A stretch of DNA of 45,395 nt from an uncultured bacterium (lineage in GTDB: Bacteria; Patescibacteriota; Minisyncoccia; Phycocordibacterales; PALSA-1337): NCBI GenBank assembly GCA_903870315.1, contig CAIQCJ010000032.1, forward strand, positions 1 through 45,395, read 5' to 3'. Positions 1 to 8,535 of the stretch are shown here, one piece after another. The notes beneath the pieces are model-generated. The model searched no databases. It was given only the letters and a program-made list of their open reading frames with translations, and had not been told where the DNA came from. Made by a program: the position numbers and the translations under genes. The first letter of the stretch is position 1. The number at the start of each line of letters is the position of its first letter.

Positions 1-86
1 GACCAATTCATTGGACGGTTATTGGAGTCGCCTCAAGAATCTTTTAGGCGCGCATCGCGGAAAAAGCAAAGAAAGAATCAGGAAGA

Positions 87-1043
87 TTGCTACTGAAATA
101 CTACGCAAACAGACTGCTTAAATTACCATTAGACCTAAATGATACACAAGTCATACCGGCCAGACTAGAGCTTACGAAATCGACTGGTAAAAAAGTGAAG
201 ATACTTTTTCTAGTTAATGAATTATCTGAAGAGATTGTAGGTGAAAAGGCACAAGTGAAAGGTTTACCTGATAAGAGATTGGATATTGGAGACAGTCTGT
301 ATCTCGATGATCATCCGATAGCCGAAGTGGTATCACAAGACAAAGAAGAGTTCACTTTCAATCTGCTAGTGTCACTGGATTATTTCAGGAAAACTTTGGA
401 AGACCGAGGTCTTACACCACTACCACCATATATACACTCTTCACTAAGTGAGGGTGATGTACGTGAGAAATATCAGACTATATTTTCTGAAACCAATCCA
501 CTTGCTTCGGTGGCGGCGCCGACAGCTTCTTTACATTTTACGGAAAGAGTTTTTTGTTCTCTTGAAGAAAAGGGCATAGAAAATACGCGTGTCACTTTAC
601 ATGTCGGAAGAGGCACCTTTTCTCATATTAATGAAGACACAAAACAACTTCATAGAGAACCGGTATATATCTCTAGAGCTTCCGCAGAGAAGATAGCGGA
701 TGCTAAGAGGCACGGTCGAACAGTTATATCTTCTGGTACTACAGCCACCAGAGTCCTTGAATCATCCGTCAGATTCATACTGGATAATAACCAGCCAGAT
801 GATCGAGAAGGACAGAGTGATCTGTCTGGTTTTACTTCTATATTTATAAAACCGTCTTACGATTTCAAGATAGTAGACGCTCTTATGACCAACTTTCACC
901 TTCCCAATACGTCGCTTCTTATGTTGTTGGATGCATTTTTACAATACAAAAAATCTACCAAAACTTGGCGTGACATATATGAATATGCTGTCGAAAACAA
1001 ATTTAGGTTCTATTCTTTCGGAGATGCTATGTTAGTGATATAA
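87..1043 (+). CDS. queA: S-adenosylmethionine:tRNA ribosyltransferase-isomerase (QueA)
   Basis: QueA hallmark motifs: NDTQVIPARL, TPLPPYIHS, VAAPTASLHFT, TLHVGRGTF, SSGTTATRVLES, TNFHLPNTSLLMLL, FYSFGDAMLV. The listed start is a TTG and the usual N-terminal ~30 aa are not in this frame, so the start is uncertain. Confidence 0.85.
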   Translation: MLLKYYANRLLKLPLDLNDTQVIPARLELTKSTGKKVKILFLVNELSEEIVGEKAQVKGLPDKRLDIGDSLYLDDHPIAEVVSQDKEEFTFNLLVSLDYFRKTLEDRGLTPLPPYIHSSLSEGDVREKYQTIFSETNPLASVAAPTASLHFTERVFCSLEEKGIENTRVTLHVGRGTFSHINEDTKQLHREPVYISRASAEKIADAKRHGRTVISSGTTATRVLESSVRFILDNNQPDDREGQSDLSGFTSIFIKPSYDFKIVDALMTNFHLPNTSLLMLLDAFLQYKKSTKTWRDIYEYAVENKFRFYSFGDAMLVI

Positions 1044-1051
1044 TCATCCCC

Positions 1052-1711
1052 ATGAACACAAAACGCATCATATTCTGGGCCTGTTTCTTAATAGTGCTAG
1101 CTCTTATCGTGTGGGGTCTAGCTGTGGCTATGAGTCGCTCTTTACCAACTGATGGATCGATAGCTGGGACACCAGCACCAGTGACAGCATCGGATCATGT
1201 ACAAGGTTCTGTTACTGCACCAGTGACAGTTATAGAATATAGCGATTTCCAATGCCCAGCTTGCGAGAGTTTTTACTGGTCTGTATCCAGACTTCTTCAA
1301 GAAGAATCTTCTACCACACTACGTTTAGTATATAGACATTTTCCTTTGCCACAACACGCAAATGCTATACCAGCGTCTATGGCTGCAGAAGCGGCTGGTT
1401 TGCAAGGCAAGTTCTGGGAGATGTATGATCTTATTTTCAAAAATCATACAGATTGGACTGAATCTTCTGACCCAACCAAAGTATTTATAGGGTATGCAAC
1501 TACTCTTGGTCTGGATATAAACAAGTTTATAACCGATCTGAATAGCCCTATCTCTAGACAGGTTATAGACTCTGATATACAGAGTGGTCAAGTTGCTGGT
1601 ATCAATGCCACACCAACATTTTTTATCAACGGTAAAGCTATAGTAAATACATCTTCATATGCAGATTTCAAAAAACTTATTGACCAGGCCGCTTCAGTCA
1701 GTTCACGTTAG
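1052..1711 (+). CDS. DsbA-family thiol:disulfide oxidoreductase, membrane-anchored
   Basis: N-terminal hydrophobic helix (IIFWACFLIVLALIVWGLAV). Thioredoxin-fold CxxC active site in FQCPACESF. DsbA-like context YRHFPL and ATPTFFINGK. Confidence 0.8.
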   Translation: MNTKRIIFWACFLIVLALIVWGLAVAMSRSLPTDGSIAGTPAPVTASDHVQGSVTAPVTVIEYSDFQCPACESFYWSVSRLLQEESSTTLRLVYRHFPLPQHANAIPASMAAEAAGLQGKFWEMYDLIFKNHTDWTESSDPTKVFIGYATTLGLDINKFITDLNSPISRQVIDSDIQSGQVAGINATPTFFINGKAIVNTSSYADFKKLIDQAASVSSR

Positions 1712-2147
1712 TCTTGCTATAGCTGTTTTGGTTGTGGCCTTGATTGGTTTTGCCGATGCTTCTTATCTGGTTATAGAACATTATCAGGGCGTTGTCCCAC
1801 CATGTAGTATTACTGGAGGTTGTGAGAAGGTCTTGACCAGTTCATATTCTGAAGTTTTGGGTATACCAGTATCATTACCCGGAGCATTGTTCTATCTACT
1901 GGTTGCCGCCGGAGCTCTGGCGTACATAGAGGGTAGACATGAGAAGATATTTCGCTACTCGCTTCTTCTGACAGTGTTTGGTCTTCTTGCTTCTTTGTGG
2001 TTTGTTTTTTTACAAGCCTTCGTGATACATTCATATTGTGCATATTGTCTAGGATCTGCTATAACATCTACAATGCTGTTTATATTGGCCGGCTTCATAT
2101 TTAAGATATATGGCAGACAAGAAGATGTACAGGTAGAATCAGTATAA
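1659..2147 (+). CDS. Vitamin K epoxide reductase (VKOR) family membrane protein
   Basis: Four predicted TM segments. Cys pair in PPCSITGGCEK loop and CAYC motif in the last helix, typical of bacterial VKOR. Directly follows the DsbA-like gene. The ATG at 1659 overlaps the upstream gene by 53 nt; in-frame TTG 1728 or GTG 1734 are alternative starts. Confidence 0.75.
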   Translation: MQISKNLLTRPLQSVHVSLAIAVLVVALIGFADASYLVIEHYQGVVPPCSITGGCEKVLTSSYSEVLGIPVSLPGALFYLLVAAGALAYIEGRHEKIFRYSLLLTVFGLLASLWFVFLQAFVIHSYCAYCLGSAITSTMLFILAGFIFKIYGRQEDVQVESV

Positions 2148-2157
2148 AATCAATAAG

Positions 2158-3129
2158 ATGGATTATGAACTCATAGATTCGGGTGACGGGGAAAAATTAG
2201 AACGCTTCGGCGAAGTGGTTTTGGCGCGTCCAGATCCTCAGGCCTTGTGGCGCAAACTTTTGCTAGTGACAGAATGGAAAAAAGCTGGTGGTACTTTCAA
2301 TCATGGAGATAAAGATGGTGGTAGATATAGTAACAGTAAGGAGGGTGGTTGGTCTCTCAAGAAAGATATTCCAGATCGTTGGAAGATCGATTTTGCTGGA
2401 CTTAATTTTTGGATCAAACCAACACCATTCAAACATGTCGGTTTATTTCCAGAACATATTTCGAATTGGGACTGGATGCGAGATCTGATTCGACAAAAGG
2501 TCAGTTCGACGGATAGACAATTAGACACACAAAAAACAGATACAGAAAAAAGTTCAGATATAGAAATTTTGAATCTTTTTGGTTATACAGGTGGAGCTTC
2601 TCTTGCTTGTGCACAAGCTGGCGCCAAGGTCGTTCATATAGACGGCTCGAAAGCTGCTATAGCTTGGGCTCGTGAAAATGCCGAACTTTCAGGTTTAGAC
2701 AAGAAACCGATTCGTTGGATACTTGACGATGCTCGAGCTTTTGTAAAGCGCGAGATCAAACGCGGACGCAAATACCACGGAATCATCATGGATCCACCAT
2801 CTTTCGGACATGGTCCAGACAATGAAGTTTGGAAGATCGAAGACGACTTTTTACCACTTATCGAGATGTGTTTTCAGATATTGGTAGACGATATCTCAAC
2901 TGGCGATGGTTCAATAGGAAATACTAAGCCACTCTTTTTCTTAGTAAATGGCTATGCTGCTGGATATTCTGCTATTGCTTATGAAAACGTTCTACGTCCA
3001 CTGGTTACTAAGTATGGTGGCAAGATAGAAAAAGGGGAGTTGGTTGTGAAGGAAAAAATTTCTAATAAAGAAAAAGGAAGCGACGGGAGGTCGCTTCCTT
3101 GTGGCATTTTTGCCAGATGGTCAGCCTAG
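2158..3129 (+). CDS. Class I SAM-dependent methyltransferase (RlmI/RlmK-like rRNA methyltransferase family)
   Basis: N-terminal LIDSGDGEKLERFG...ARPDPQALW. SAM-binding motif I LNLFGYTGGASLACAQAGA. Motif IV-like IIMDPPSFG. Confidence 0.7.
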   Translation: MDYELIDSGDGEKLERFGEVVLARPDPQALWRKLLLVTEWKKAGGTFNHGDKDGGRYSNSKEGGWSLKKDIPDRWKIDFAGLNFWIKPTPFKHVGLFPEHISNWDWMRDLIRQKVSSTDRQLDTQKTDTEKSSDIEILNLFGYTGGASLACAQAGAKVVHIDGSKAAIAWARENAELSGLDKKPIRWILDDARAFVKREIKRGRKYHGIIMDPPSFGHGPDNEVWKIEDDFLPLIEMCFQILVDDISTGDGSIGNTKPLFFLVNGYAAGYSAIAYENVLRPLVTKYGGKIEKGELVVKEKISNKEKGSDGRSLPCGIFARWSA

Positions 3130-3662
3130 GTGGCTGGCATCAACATGCGCATCTCTGAGATCGCTTCACCCATACTGATTCCAGTGATATCCTTGAAATC
3201 TTTTGATGACTCTTTGGTAAAGAGTATCGAATGATTCTCATACTTGGGATTTTTCTGGATAGTTTGTTGCACAAAACTCTTGAGCATTCTGACTATGAAC
3301 TTGTAATAAAGTTCGAAGACACGTTCTTCTATAGATGTGAATCGGACCAGATTTTCAAGTTCAGCATCGAACATGTCAAACCGGAAATACTTTGTCTTAG
3401 GCGTGTAGTACACTATCGCCTCAAGTAAAGTATCTTCTAGTTCAGTGTCGGTCGCGAGTATGAACTCTCTTCCAGCACCACGAACACTCTTGGTCGCGTC
3501 ACTGATCCAGAAGAAGACTCGTACAGAATACTCCTTTTCTCTGATTTCTAGACATCCTCGGCAACTATCATTGCAGTAACTTTCTACGAGCATGAATCCA
3601 TGTGATCTTTTCACTATAGGTATCTCGTAGACCCTAGCATACAGCTTAGATCTTACATTCAT
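3126..3662 (-). CDS. Hypothetical protein (no recognisable domain)
   Basis: Long minus-strand ORF (track 3126..3707). I prefer the internal ATG at 3662 because a strong AAGGAGGT Shine-Dalgarno lies 4-5 nt upstream on the minus strand. The 3' end overlaps the convergent methyltransferase stop by 4 nt. Confidence 0.5.
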   Translation of the reverse strand: MNVRSKLYARVYEIPIVKRSHGFMLVESYCNDSCRGCLEIREKEYSVRVFFWISDATKSVRGAGREFILATDTELEDTLLEAIVYYTPKTKYFRFDMFDAELENLVRFTSIEERVFELYYKFIVRMLKSFVQQTIQKNPKYENHSILFTKESSKDFKDITGISMGEAISEMRMLMPAT

Positions 3663-3773
3663 TTTTACCTCCTTGGGCATTCTAGTGGCATTGTCATAAT
3701 TAGTCAAAGAAGTATAATGGTATAGTAATGAAAGTCTTTATTAGTCAATAATTAATACTAAAAATATAAACTT

Positions 3774-4610
3774 ATGAATCCAGAAGAAAAAAAGTGTTGT
3801 GGTACAGATAATTGTAATAGGGGATGTCATAGTAAACACTCGCACAAGGTTCTAAAGGTGGTTGGTGTTTTGTTGGCTATATACCTGGCAGTGCTTTCCG
3901 TAAAGCAGTTGAAATCTATTGCTTATGTAGGTATAAATCCTCAGCAGAGCCATACTATATCAGTAGATGGAACCGGAGATGCTGTAGCTATACCGGATAT
4001 AGCTACGCTGTCATTTTCTGTCACAGAAACAGCTAAGACTGTCGCCGACGCGCAAGCTCAAGCCACAAAGAAGGTAAATGCTACTATTTCAGCACTGAAG
4101 TCTTCAGGTATAGCTGAAAAAGATATTCAAACAACTTCATACAATATAAATCCTCATTATGAATATCAGAACAGTGTCTGTTCTTCAAACGGTATATGCC
4201 CTCCTTCCAAGTCTATAGTCACTGGATATGATGTTAGTCAGAGTACAGATGTGAAGGCACGTGATCTTAAGAAAGTTGGTGACCTGCTTACTCTCATAGG
4301 ATCAAATGGTGTTCAAAATGTCAGCGGACCTTCATTCTCAGTAGATAATCCAGATGTCACACAAGTTGAAGCTCGCGCCAAAGCTATCAACAATGCTAAG
4401 ACAAAGGCTGAAGTCCTGGCTAAAGCTCTTGGGGTACACATAGTACGTGTTGTTAGCTTTTCAGAGACTGGCAATACACCATATCCTGTAAGATATGACA
4501 TGATGATGGCCGGCGCCGCTTCTACAAAATCAGCACCAGTAACTCCGGAGATATCAGTAGGACAACAGAAAGTTACGAGTAATGTCAGTATAACTTACGA
4601 GATAGAGTAG
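3774..4610 (+). CDS. SIMPL/DUF541-family membrane-anchored protein
   Basis: Cys/His-rich N-terminus and one TM helix (VLKVVGVLLAIYLAVLSV). The following region matches the SIMPL pattern (ISVDGTGDAVAIPDIATLSFSV, AEKDIQTTSYNINPHYEY, ISVGQQKVTSNVSITYEI). Confidence 0.7.
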   Translation: MNPEEKKCCGTDNCNRGCHSKHSHKVLKVVGVLLAIYLAVLSVKQLKSIAYVGINPQQSHTISVDGTGDAVAIPDIATLSFSVTETAKTVADAQAQATKKVNATISALKSSGIAEKDIQTTSYNINPHYEYQNSVCSSNGICPPSKSIVTGYDVSQSTDVKARDLKKVGDLLTLIGSNGVQNVSGPSFSVDNPDVTQVEARAKAINNAKTKAEVLAKALGVHIVRVVSFSETGNTPYPVRYDMMMAGAASTKSAPVTPEISVGQQKVTSNVSITYEIE

Positions 4611-4650
4611 TTGCTTTATTGCAGATCTATGTTATTCTTATGCGGTAACA

Positions 4651-4668
4651 CCCCCGCAGGGGTTTTTT
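4651..4668 (+). terminator. Short intrinsic terminator-like hairpin plus T-run
   Basis: CCCC-GCA-GGGG followed by TTTTTT, 40 nt after the SIMPL gene stop. Confidence 0.55.
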
Positions 4669-4690
4669 AATAGAAAACATCTTCAAAACC

Positions 4691-4867
4691 ATGGGAATTA
4701 TAAACTATTTCAAAGAGACAAAGTCAGAGTTGAGCCATGTCAATTGGCCTACTCGTGAGCAGACGATCAGATTTACATTGTTAGTTATACTGACATCTAT
4801 CGCTGTCGCTGCGGTCTTAGGCATCGCTGATTTCGTATTTTCTAGATTGCTGACACTCTTACCATAA
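4691..4867 (+). CDS. secE: Preprotein translocase subunit SecE (58 aa, below ORF-track cutoff)
   Basis: Hand translation: MGIINYFKETKSELSHVNWPTREQTIRFTLLVILTSIAVAAVLGIADFVFSRLLTLLP. It has the SecE signature (K.EL.KV.WPTR) plus a single TM helix and sits immediately upstream of nusG, the conserved position. Confidence 0.75.
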   Translation: MGIINYFKETKSELSHVNWPTREQTIRFTLLVILTSIAVAAVLGIADFVFSRLLTLLP

Positions 4868-4885
4868 CCTACCCCAACAATAGCT

Positions 4886-5431
4886 ATGTCAAAACAACAC
4901 ACAACAGGTGAGAGGAATTGGTATGCCATACATACATATGCTGGCTACGAAAACGCCGTTGCTCGTAACCTGAAGCAGCGTATAGAATCTCTTGGTATGG
5001 AAGGCAAGATATTTGCAGTTATAGTTCCGACTGAGAAGAAGATCAAGGTTAAGAGTAACAAGCGTGTCGAGGAGGAAGAGAAGATATATCCAGGTTACGT
5101 CCTAGTCGATATGATCGTGACCGACGACTCTTGGTACGTTGTCCGTAACACTCCTCGTGTCACAGGGTTTGTTGGTTCTGGTGTCTATCCAGTTCCACTA
5201 GAGAAGACAGAGGTAGATGCTTTGTTCGCACGTATGACCAAAGGCGGCATAGAACACACCATAGACTTATCTTCTAGTGACCTTATCAAGATAACTGACG
5301 GCCCATTCAAAGATTTTGAAGGTAAAGTCAGTGAAGTCGATACTCAGAGAGGTAAGATTAAGGTCTTGGTCTCTATGTTTGGACGAGAGACTCCAGTCGA
5401 ACTCGATTTCTTGCAAGTTAAGAAAGTTTAA
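4886..5431 (+). CDS. nusG: Transcription termination/antitermination factor NusG
   Basis: NWYAIHTYAGYENAV N-terminal NGN motif. C-terminal KOW (ITDGPFKDFEGKVSEVD...KIKVLVSMFGRETPVELDF). secE-nusG-rplK synteny. Confidence 0.9.
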   Translation: MSKQHTTGERNWYAIHTYAGYENAVARNLKQRIESLGMEGKIFAVIVPTEKKIKVKSNKRVEEEEKIYPGYVLVDMIVTDDSWYVVRNTPRVTGFVGSGVYPVPLEKTEVDALFARMTKGGIEHTIDLSSSDLIKITDGPFKDFEGKVSEVDTQRGKIKVLVSMFGRETPVELDFLQVKKV

Positions 5432-5487
5432 TGTAGGATACCCACACTAGATTCAAGTATAGATTCAGACACAAATAATACAACACC

Positions 5488-5910
5488 ATGGCAAAGAAAA
5501 TCATAAAAACAGTCAAAGTTCTAGCTCCGGCAGGAAAAGCAACTCCAGCTCCACCACTCGGACCAACCTTGGGTCAGGCCGGCGTTAATATCGGTGATTT
5601 CACCAAGAAATTCAACGATGCTACCAAGAATATGATTGGTGATATCATACCAGTCGTTATCACAGTCTACGATGACCGTACTTACAGTTTCGTCTTGAAG
5701 ACTCCTCCAGCGTCTAGTCTCATTTTGAAGGCCTTAAAGAAAGAGAAGGGTTCTGGCAAGCCAAACTTGAGCAAGATTGGTATCCTTACTAAGACACAAC
5801 TCAAGGAGATTGCTGAGAAGAAACTCCCGGATCTCAATGCTAACGACGTTGATGCTGCCATGAAGATTGTCGCTGGTACGGCTCGTTCTATGGGTGTTGA
5901 GGTTAAGTAA
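5488..5910 (+). CDS. rplK: 50S ribosomal protein L11
   Basis: [37 protein letters not shown] is the canonical L11 N-terminal domain. 140 aa. Confidence 0.95.
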   Translation: MAKKIIKTVKVLAPAGKATPAPPLGPTLGQAGVNIGDFTKKFNDATKNMIGDIIPVVITVYDDRTYSFVLKTPPASSLILKALKKEKGSGKPNLSKIGILTKTQLKEIAEKKLPDLNANDVDAAMKIVAGTARSMGVEVK

Positions 5911-5941
5911 AGTTATATTATCTATATTTGTAAAGAAAATC

Positions 5942-5962
5942 CCGGCCTAGAGCCGGTTTTTT
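5942..5962 (+). terminator. Intrinsic terminator after rplK
   Basis: CCGGC-CTAGA-GCCGG followed by TTTTTT, 32 nt after the rplK stop. Confidence 0.8.
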
Positions 5963-6043
5963 CTTTCAGAACACCCATTTTTTTTAGGTTGTATGGTTGT
6001 CTTTGTTGTGGTAAGTTTCAATATAGAAAGGTAGGTGATTTGA

Positions 6044-6544
6044 TTGGACACAATAAATGTGTTTTTGACATACCCTCATACAAACAGTCAGTCGAAGTTC
6101 TCTGTTTCCATGAAAGCTCTGCATGAACGTATCAGTGGATTGTCTGGCGTTGTTCTATTGGATAGTTGGAGACAAATATCGGGTCAACTTGGTGTAAGTC
6201 TTTCAGAGGCTTATAGTCGCGATATGGCAAATGTAAACAAAGCCGACCTTGTAGTGGCCATCTATGAAAATAGTGTAGGCAGTATTGATGATGTCGTCAT
6301 GGAGATTGTAAGGCGTTGTGAGGTCAGGAAACCAATCCGGATCTTTGTATCACATAAAGGCGCGGTTTCTCCAATCATCGAAGCTTGCATCGCTTATAAT
6401 AAAGTGCAAAAAGTCGGTCCGTTTGATGTACGAGCAGATGAGATACCTAATCCTACAAGGTATTTTCATGTAAATGGAATCTTCGAATTGGTAGCCGAAT
6501 GGGTCAACAAGAAGAATCTTATTTCAGGAGAAAATCCTGGCTGA
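6044..6544 (+). CDS. Hypothetical protein; weak resemblance to nucleoside 2-deoxyribosyltransferase-like / TIR-like Rossmannoid fold
   Basis: 166-aa ORF with TTG start 8 nt after AGGTAGG. INVFLTYPH at the N-terminus and NKADLVVAIYENSVGSIDDVVMEI...RKPIRIF resemble the aDlvvA...G...E...kP pattern of NDT-like proteins. The assignment is tentative. Confidence 0.45.
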   Translation: MDTINVFLTYPHTNSQSKFSVSMKALHERISGLSGVVLLDSWRQISGQLGVSLSEAYSRDMANVNKADLVVAIYENSVGSIDDVVMEIVRRCEVRKPIRIFVSHKGAVSPIIEACIAYNKVQKVGPFDVRADEIPNPTRYFHVNGIFELVAEWVNKKNLISGENPG

Positions 6545-6569
6545 GCCAAGATTGTCTGTCAGCTATTGC

Positions 6570-6603
6570 ATCGCCGTAGTCCAAACTCTTGGACTACGGC
6601 GAT
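6570..6603. terminator. Perfect 15-bp hairpin between convergent genes
   Basis: ATCGCCGTAGTCCAA-ACTC-TTGGACTACGGCGAT, abutting the stop of the minus-strand DHFR-like gene. There is no strong T-run on either side, so terminator function is inferred from position only. Confidence 0.45.
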
Positions 6604-6604
6604 T

Positions 6605-7108
6605 CTACTTTACATTATATTCTAGTAAAAGGGCACCACTCGTAGTCTTCTCAGAACTTACAAGTGTGAGTTTGTTGTCTAGGCCTTTATTGAATAGCTT
6701 CATACCAGCCCCAAATATCAAAGGCTCTATAGTGAGGTATAACTTATCTACAACACCACTTTCCATGAACATAGTGTAAATCTGTGATCCACCACAAATG
6801 GCGACTTCTTTGTAACCTCTATCAGCCAAGTCAGCCAACAGATCAGCTGGTGCCTTAGTGGTTGTTTCTACTCCAGCGATAGCGTCTGCACCGGTAAGCT
6901 TTTCTGGTGAATAGACGACGTTTAAGCGGTCTTTGAGCGGCTTACCAAGTGTTCTATAGGTATTTAAGCCCATAACCACAACACCTGCTCTCTTGGTGAT
7001 CTCTATAAAGCGCTTTTTGTCTTCCTTACTAGTCCAGGAAGCAGCATGTGCTGAATCTTTTCCTATAAAACCATCTGTGGTGAGTGCTGCAGAGATGAAA
7101 CAAATCAT
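6605..7108 (-). CDS. Dihydrofolate reductase family protein (DHFR / RibD C-terminal-like)
   Basis: ISAALTTDGFIG, W.SKEDKKRF, GVVVMGLNTYRTLGKPLKDRLNVVYS and ICGGSQIYTMF follow the DHFR-fold pattern. Neighbours thyA and glyA. Confidence 0.7.
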   Translation of the reverse strand: MICFISAALTTDGFIGKDSAHAASWTSKEDKKRFIEITKRAGVVVMGLNTYRTLGKPLKDRLNVVYSPEKLTGADAIAGVETTTKAPADLLADLADRGYKEVAICGGSQIYTMFMESGVVDKLYLTIEPLIFGAGMKLFNKGLDNKLTLVSSEKTTSGALLLEYNVK

Positions 7109-7208
7109 GATATTTTCAGTATATCATTTTGATACGAAAAATGTCATCTGTCATGGTTGCGAATACCAGTGGTTGGATTATACTTGAGTATACATTAACC
7201 AAAATTTT

Positions 7209-7889
7209 ATGAATTCATTTGAAATAGAAATAAAAAGTTTATTGGGTGCCGAGGATGCAGCTATTGCATTCAAAAAGAGATTGCAGTCTGCACGACCAAA
7301 TATGAAATTGGTAGGAACGGGGAAGCAGCTGAATCATTATTTCAACCTAGCAAAAGATCTGAAAGCTCTGGAGGCTTCACTTGTCGGCGTAGTTCCTGCT
7401 GATAAAAAAGATTCCTTGAAAAATATTCTTGAACACGGAAACAAAATTTCTTTGAGAACTCGTGATGCAGACGGAAAAGTTATCTTGGTCATGAAGGCCT
7501 CTGTCGGAGGTGACACTAGTGCAAACGGTGTCCAGAGAATAGAGTTCGAGGCTGTCATGAAGGGGAAGACTTTGGACGAACTAGATAAGGCTCTACTTAG
7601 CGCCGGATGTACATATCAAGCCAAATGGTCGCGCGCCAGAGAAGAGTATGCAGACGGCGATATTCATATCTGTATGGACAAAAACGCTGGTTACGGATAT
7701 TTGGTTGAATTTGAGAAGGTTGTCACAAATGAGGCCGATACCAAAAAGGCTCATGCAGAACTTATATCTTTCATGAAGGAACTTGGTGTAGAAGAGTTGC
7801 CTCAAGAGCGCATAGAGAGGATGTTTGCTTTTTACAATGCACACTGGCCAGAATATTATGGTACAGAGAAAACATTTACTATTAAATAA
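7209..7889 (+). CDS. CYTH-domain protein (CyaB/thiamine triphosphatase superfamily)
   Basis: N-terminal FEIEIKSLL carries the ExExK signature of CYTH domains. Size and beta-rich pattern are consistent. Confidence 0.65.
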   Translation: MNSFEIEIKSLLGAEDAAIAFKKRLQSARPNMKLVGTGKQLNHYFNLAKDLKALEASLVGVVPADKKDSLKNILEHGNKISLRTRDADGKVILVMKASVGGDTSANGVQRIEFEAVMKGKTLDELDKALLSAGCTYQAKWSRAREEYADGDIHICMDKNAGYGYLVEFEKVVTNEADTKKAHAELISFMKELGVEELPQERIERMFAFYNAHWPEYYGTEKTFTIK

Positions 7890-7898
7890 TATAAACAA

Positions 7899-8513
7899 AT
7901 GTATTTAGCCGACGAAGATATAAAGAGAGCATTGAAAGATGGTGAGATCATCATAAACGATTTCGATGAAGCACGTTTGCAGCCAGCCAGCTACGATATT
8001 TTGCTTGGCAATAAGTTTATAGTGAGCAATACAGAGTCGACTATGGCTATAGATCCAGTGAATAAGATATTTCCTCAAACAAAAGAGATTGTCATAGGTG
8101 ATGATGAGATGTTTGTACTTCATCCTGGCATCAGTATTCTTGGAACCTCGGTTGATTATTTCGGTTCAGATAAATACCTCATACACCTCTCTGGTAAGAG
8201 TAGTTTGGCTAGGTTGGGGCTTATTATCCATAATACTGCCGGTATTATAAATCCGGGTCATTTTCTCAACATTACTTTTGAGCTATGCAATCTAAATCAC
8301 GTGCCTATTATCCTTCGACCACAGATGCGTATAGGTCAGATTCTTTTCTCGCAACTTACTAGTCAGCCGAAGAAGGATTATAAGACGACAGGAAGATATC
8401 ATGGACGCGATTGGCAACATTTCGTCGATCCAAAAGATGAAGAAGGAAAAGAAAAGATAAAAGAGGAAAGCAAAAAGTTGAAAGTTAAAAAGGGAAAGAA
8501 GGCGAAGAAATAG
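7899..8513 (+). CDS. dcd: dCTP deaminase (dUTPase superfamily) with Lys-rich C-terminal tail
   Basis: MYLADEDIKRAL...LQPASYDILLG, HLSGKSSLARLGLIIHNTAG and RIGQILF are typical of Dcd. About 30 extra residues of a K/E-rich tail (KEKIKEESKKLKVKKGKKAKK). Confidence 0.85.
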   Translation: MYLADEDIKRALKDGEIIINDFDEARLQPASYDILLGNKFIVSNTESTMAIDPVNKIFPQTKEIVIGDDEMFVLHPGISILGTSVDYFGSDKYLIHLSGKSSLARLGLIIHNTAGIINPGHFLNITFELCNLNHVPIILRPQMRIGQILFSQLTSQPKKDYKTTGRYHGRDWQHFVDPKDEEGKEKIKEESKKLKVKKGKKAKK

Positions 8514-8535
8514 TTTTATAAAGTAAATAAATAAT

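Noticed and set aside
1-120. Possible frameshift at the 5' end of queA. Frame 1 (1-96) reads ...GRLLESPQESFRRASRKK and frame 3 has ESGRLLLKYY just before the annotated TTG start. Both faintly recall the QueA N-terminal LIA..P...R..SRLL motif.
   Set aside because: The similarity is too weak and too close to the window edge to distinguish a true frameshift or pseudogene from a short N-terminus. Upstream sequence is needed.
4705-4929. 74-aa minus-strand ORF.
   Set aside because: It is antisense to the hand-identified secE (4691-4867) and the start of nusG, both of which have clear family motifs and synteny.
6552-6779. 75-aa plus-strand ORF after the orphan gene.
   Set aside because: It runs through the 15-bp terminator-like hairpin and then antisense to the DHFR-family gene. 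It has no start context or motifs.
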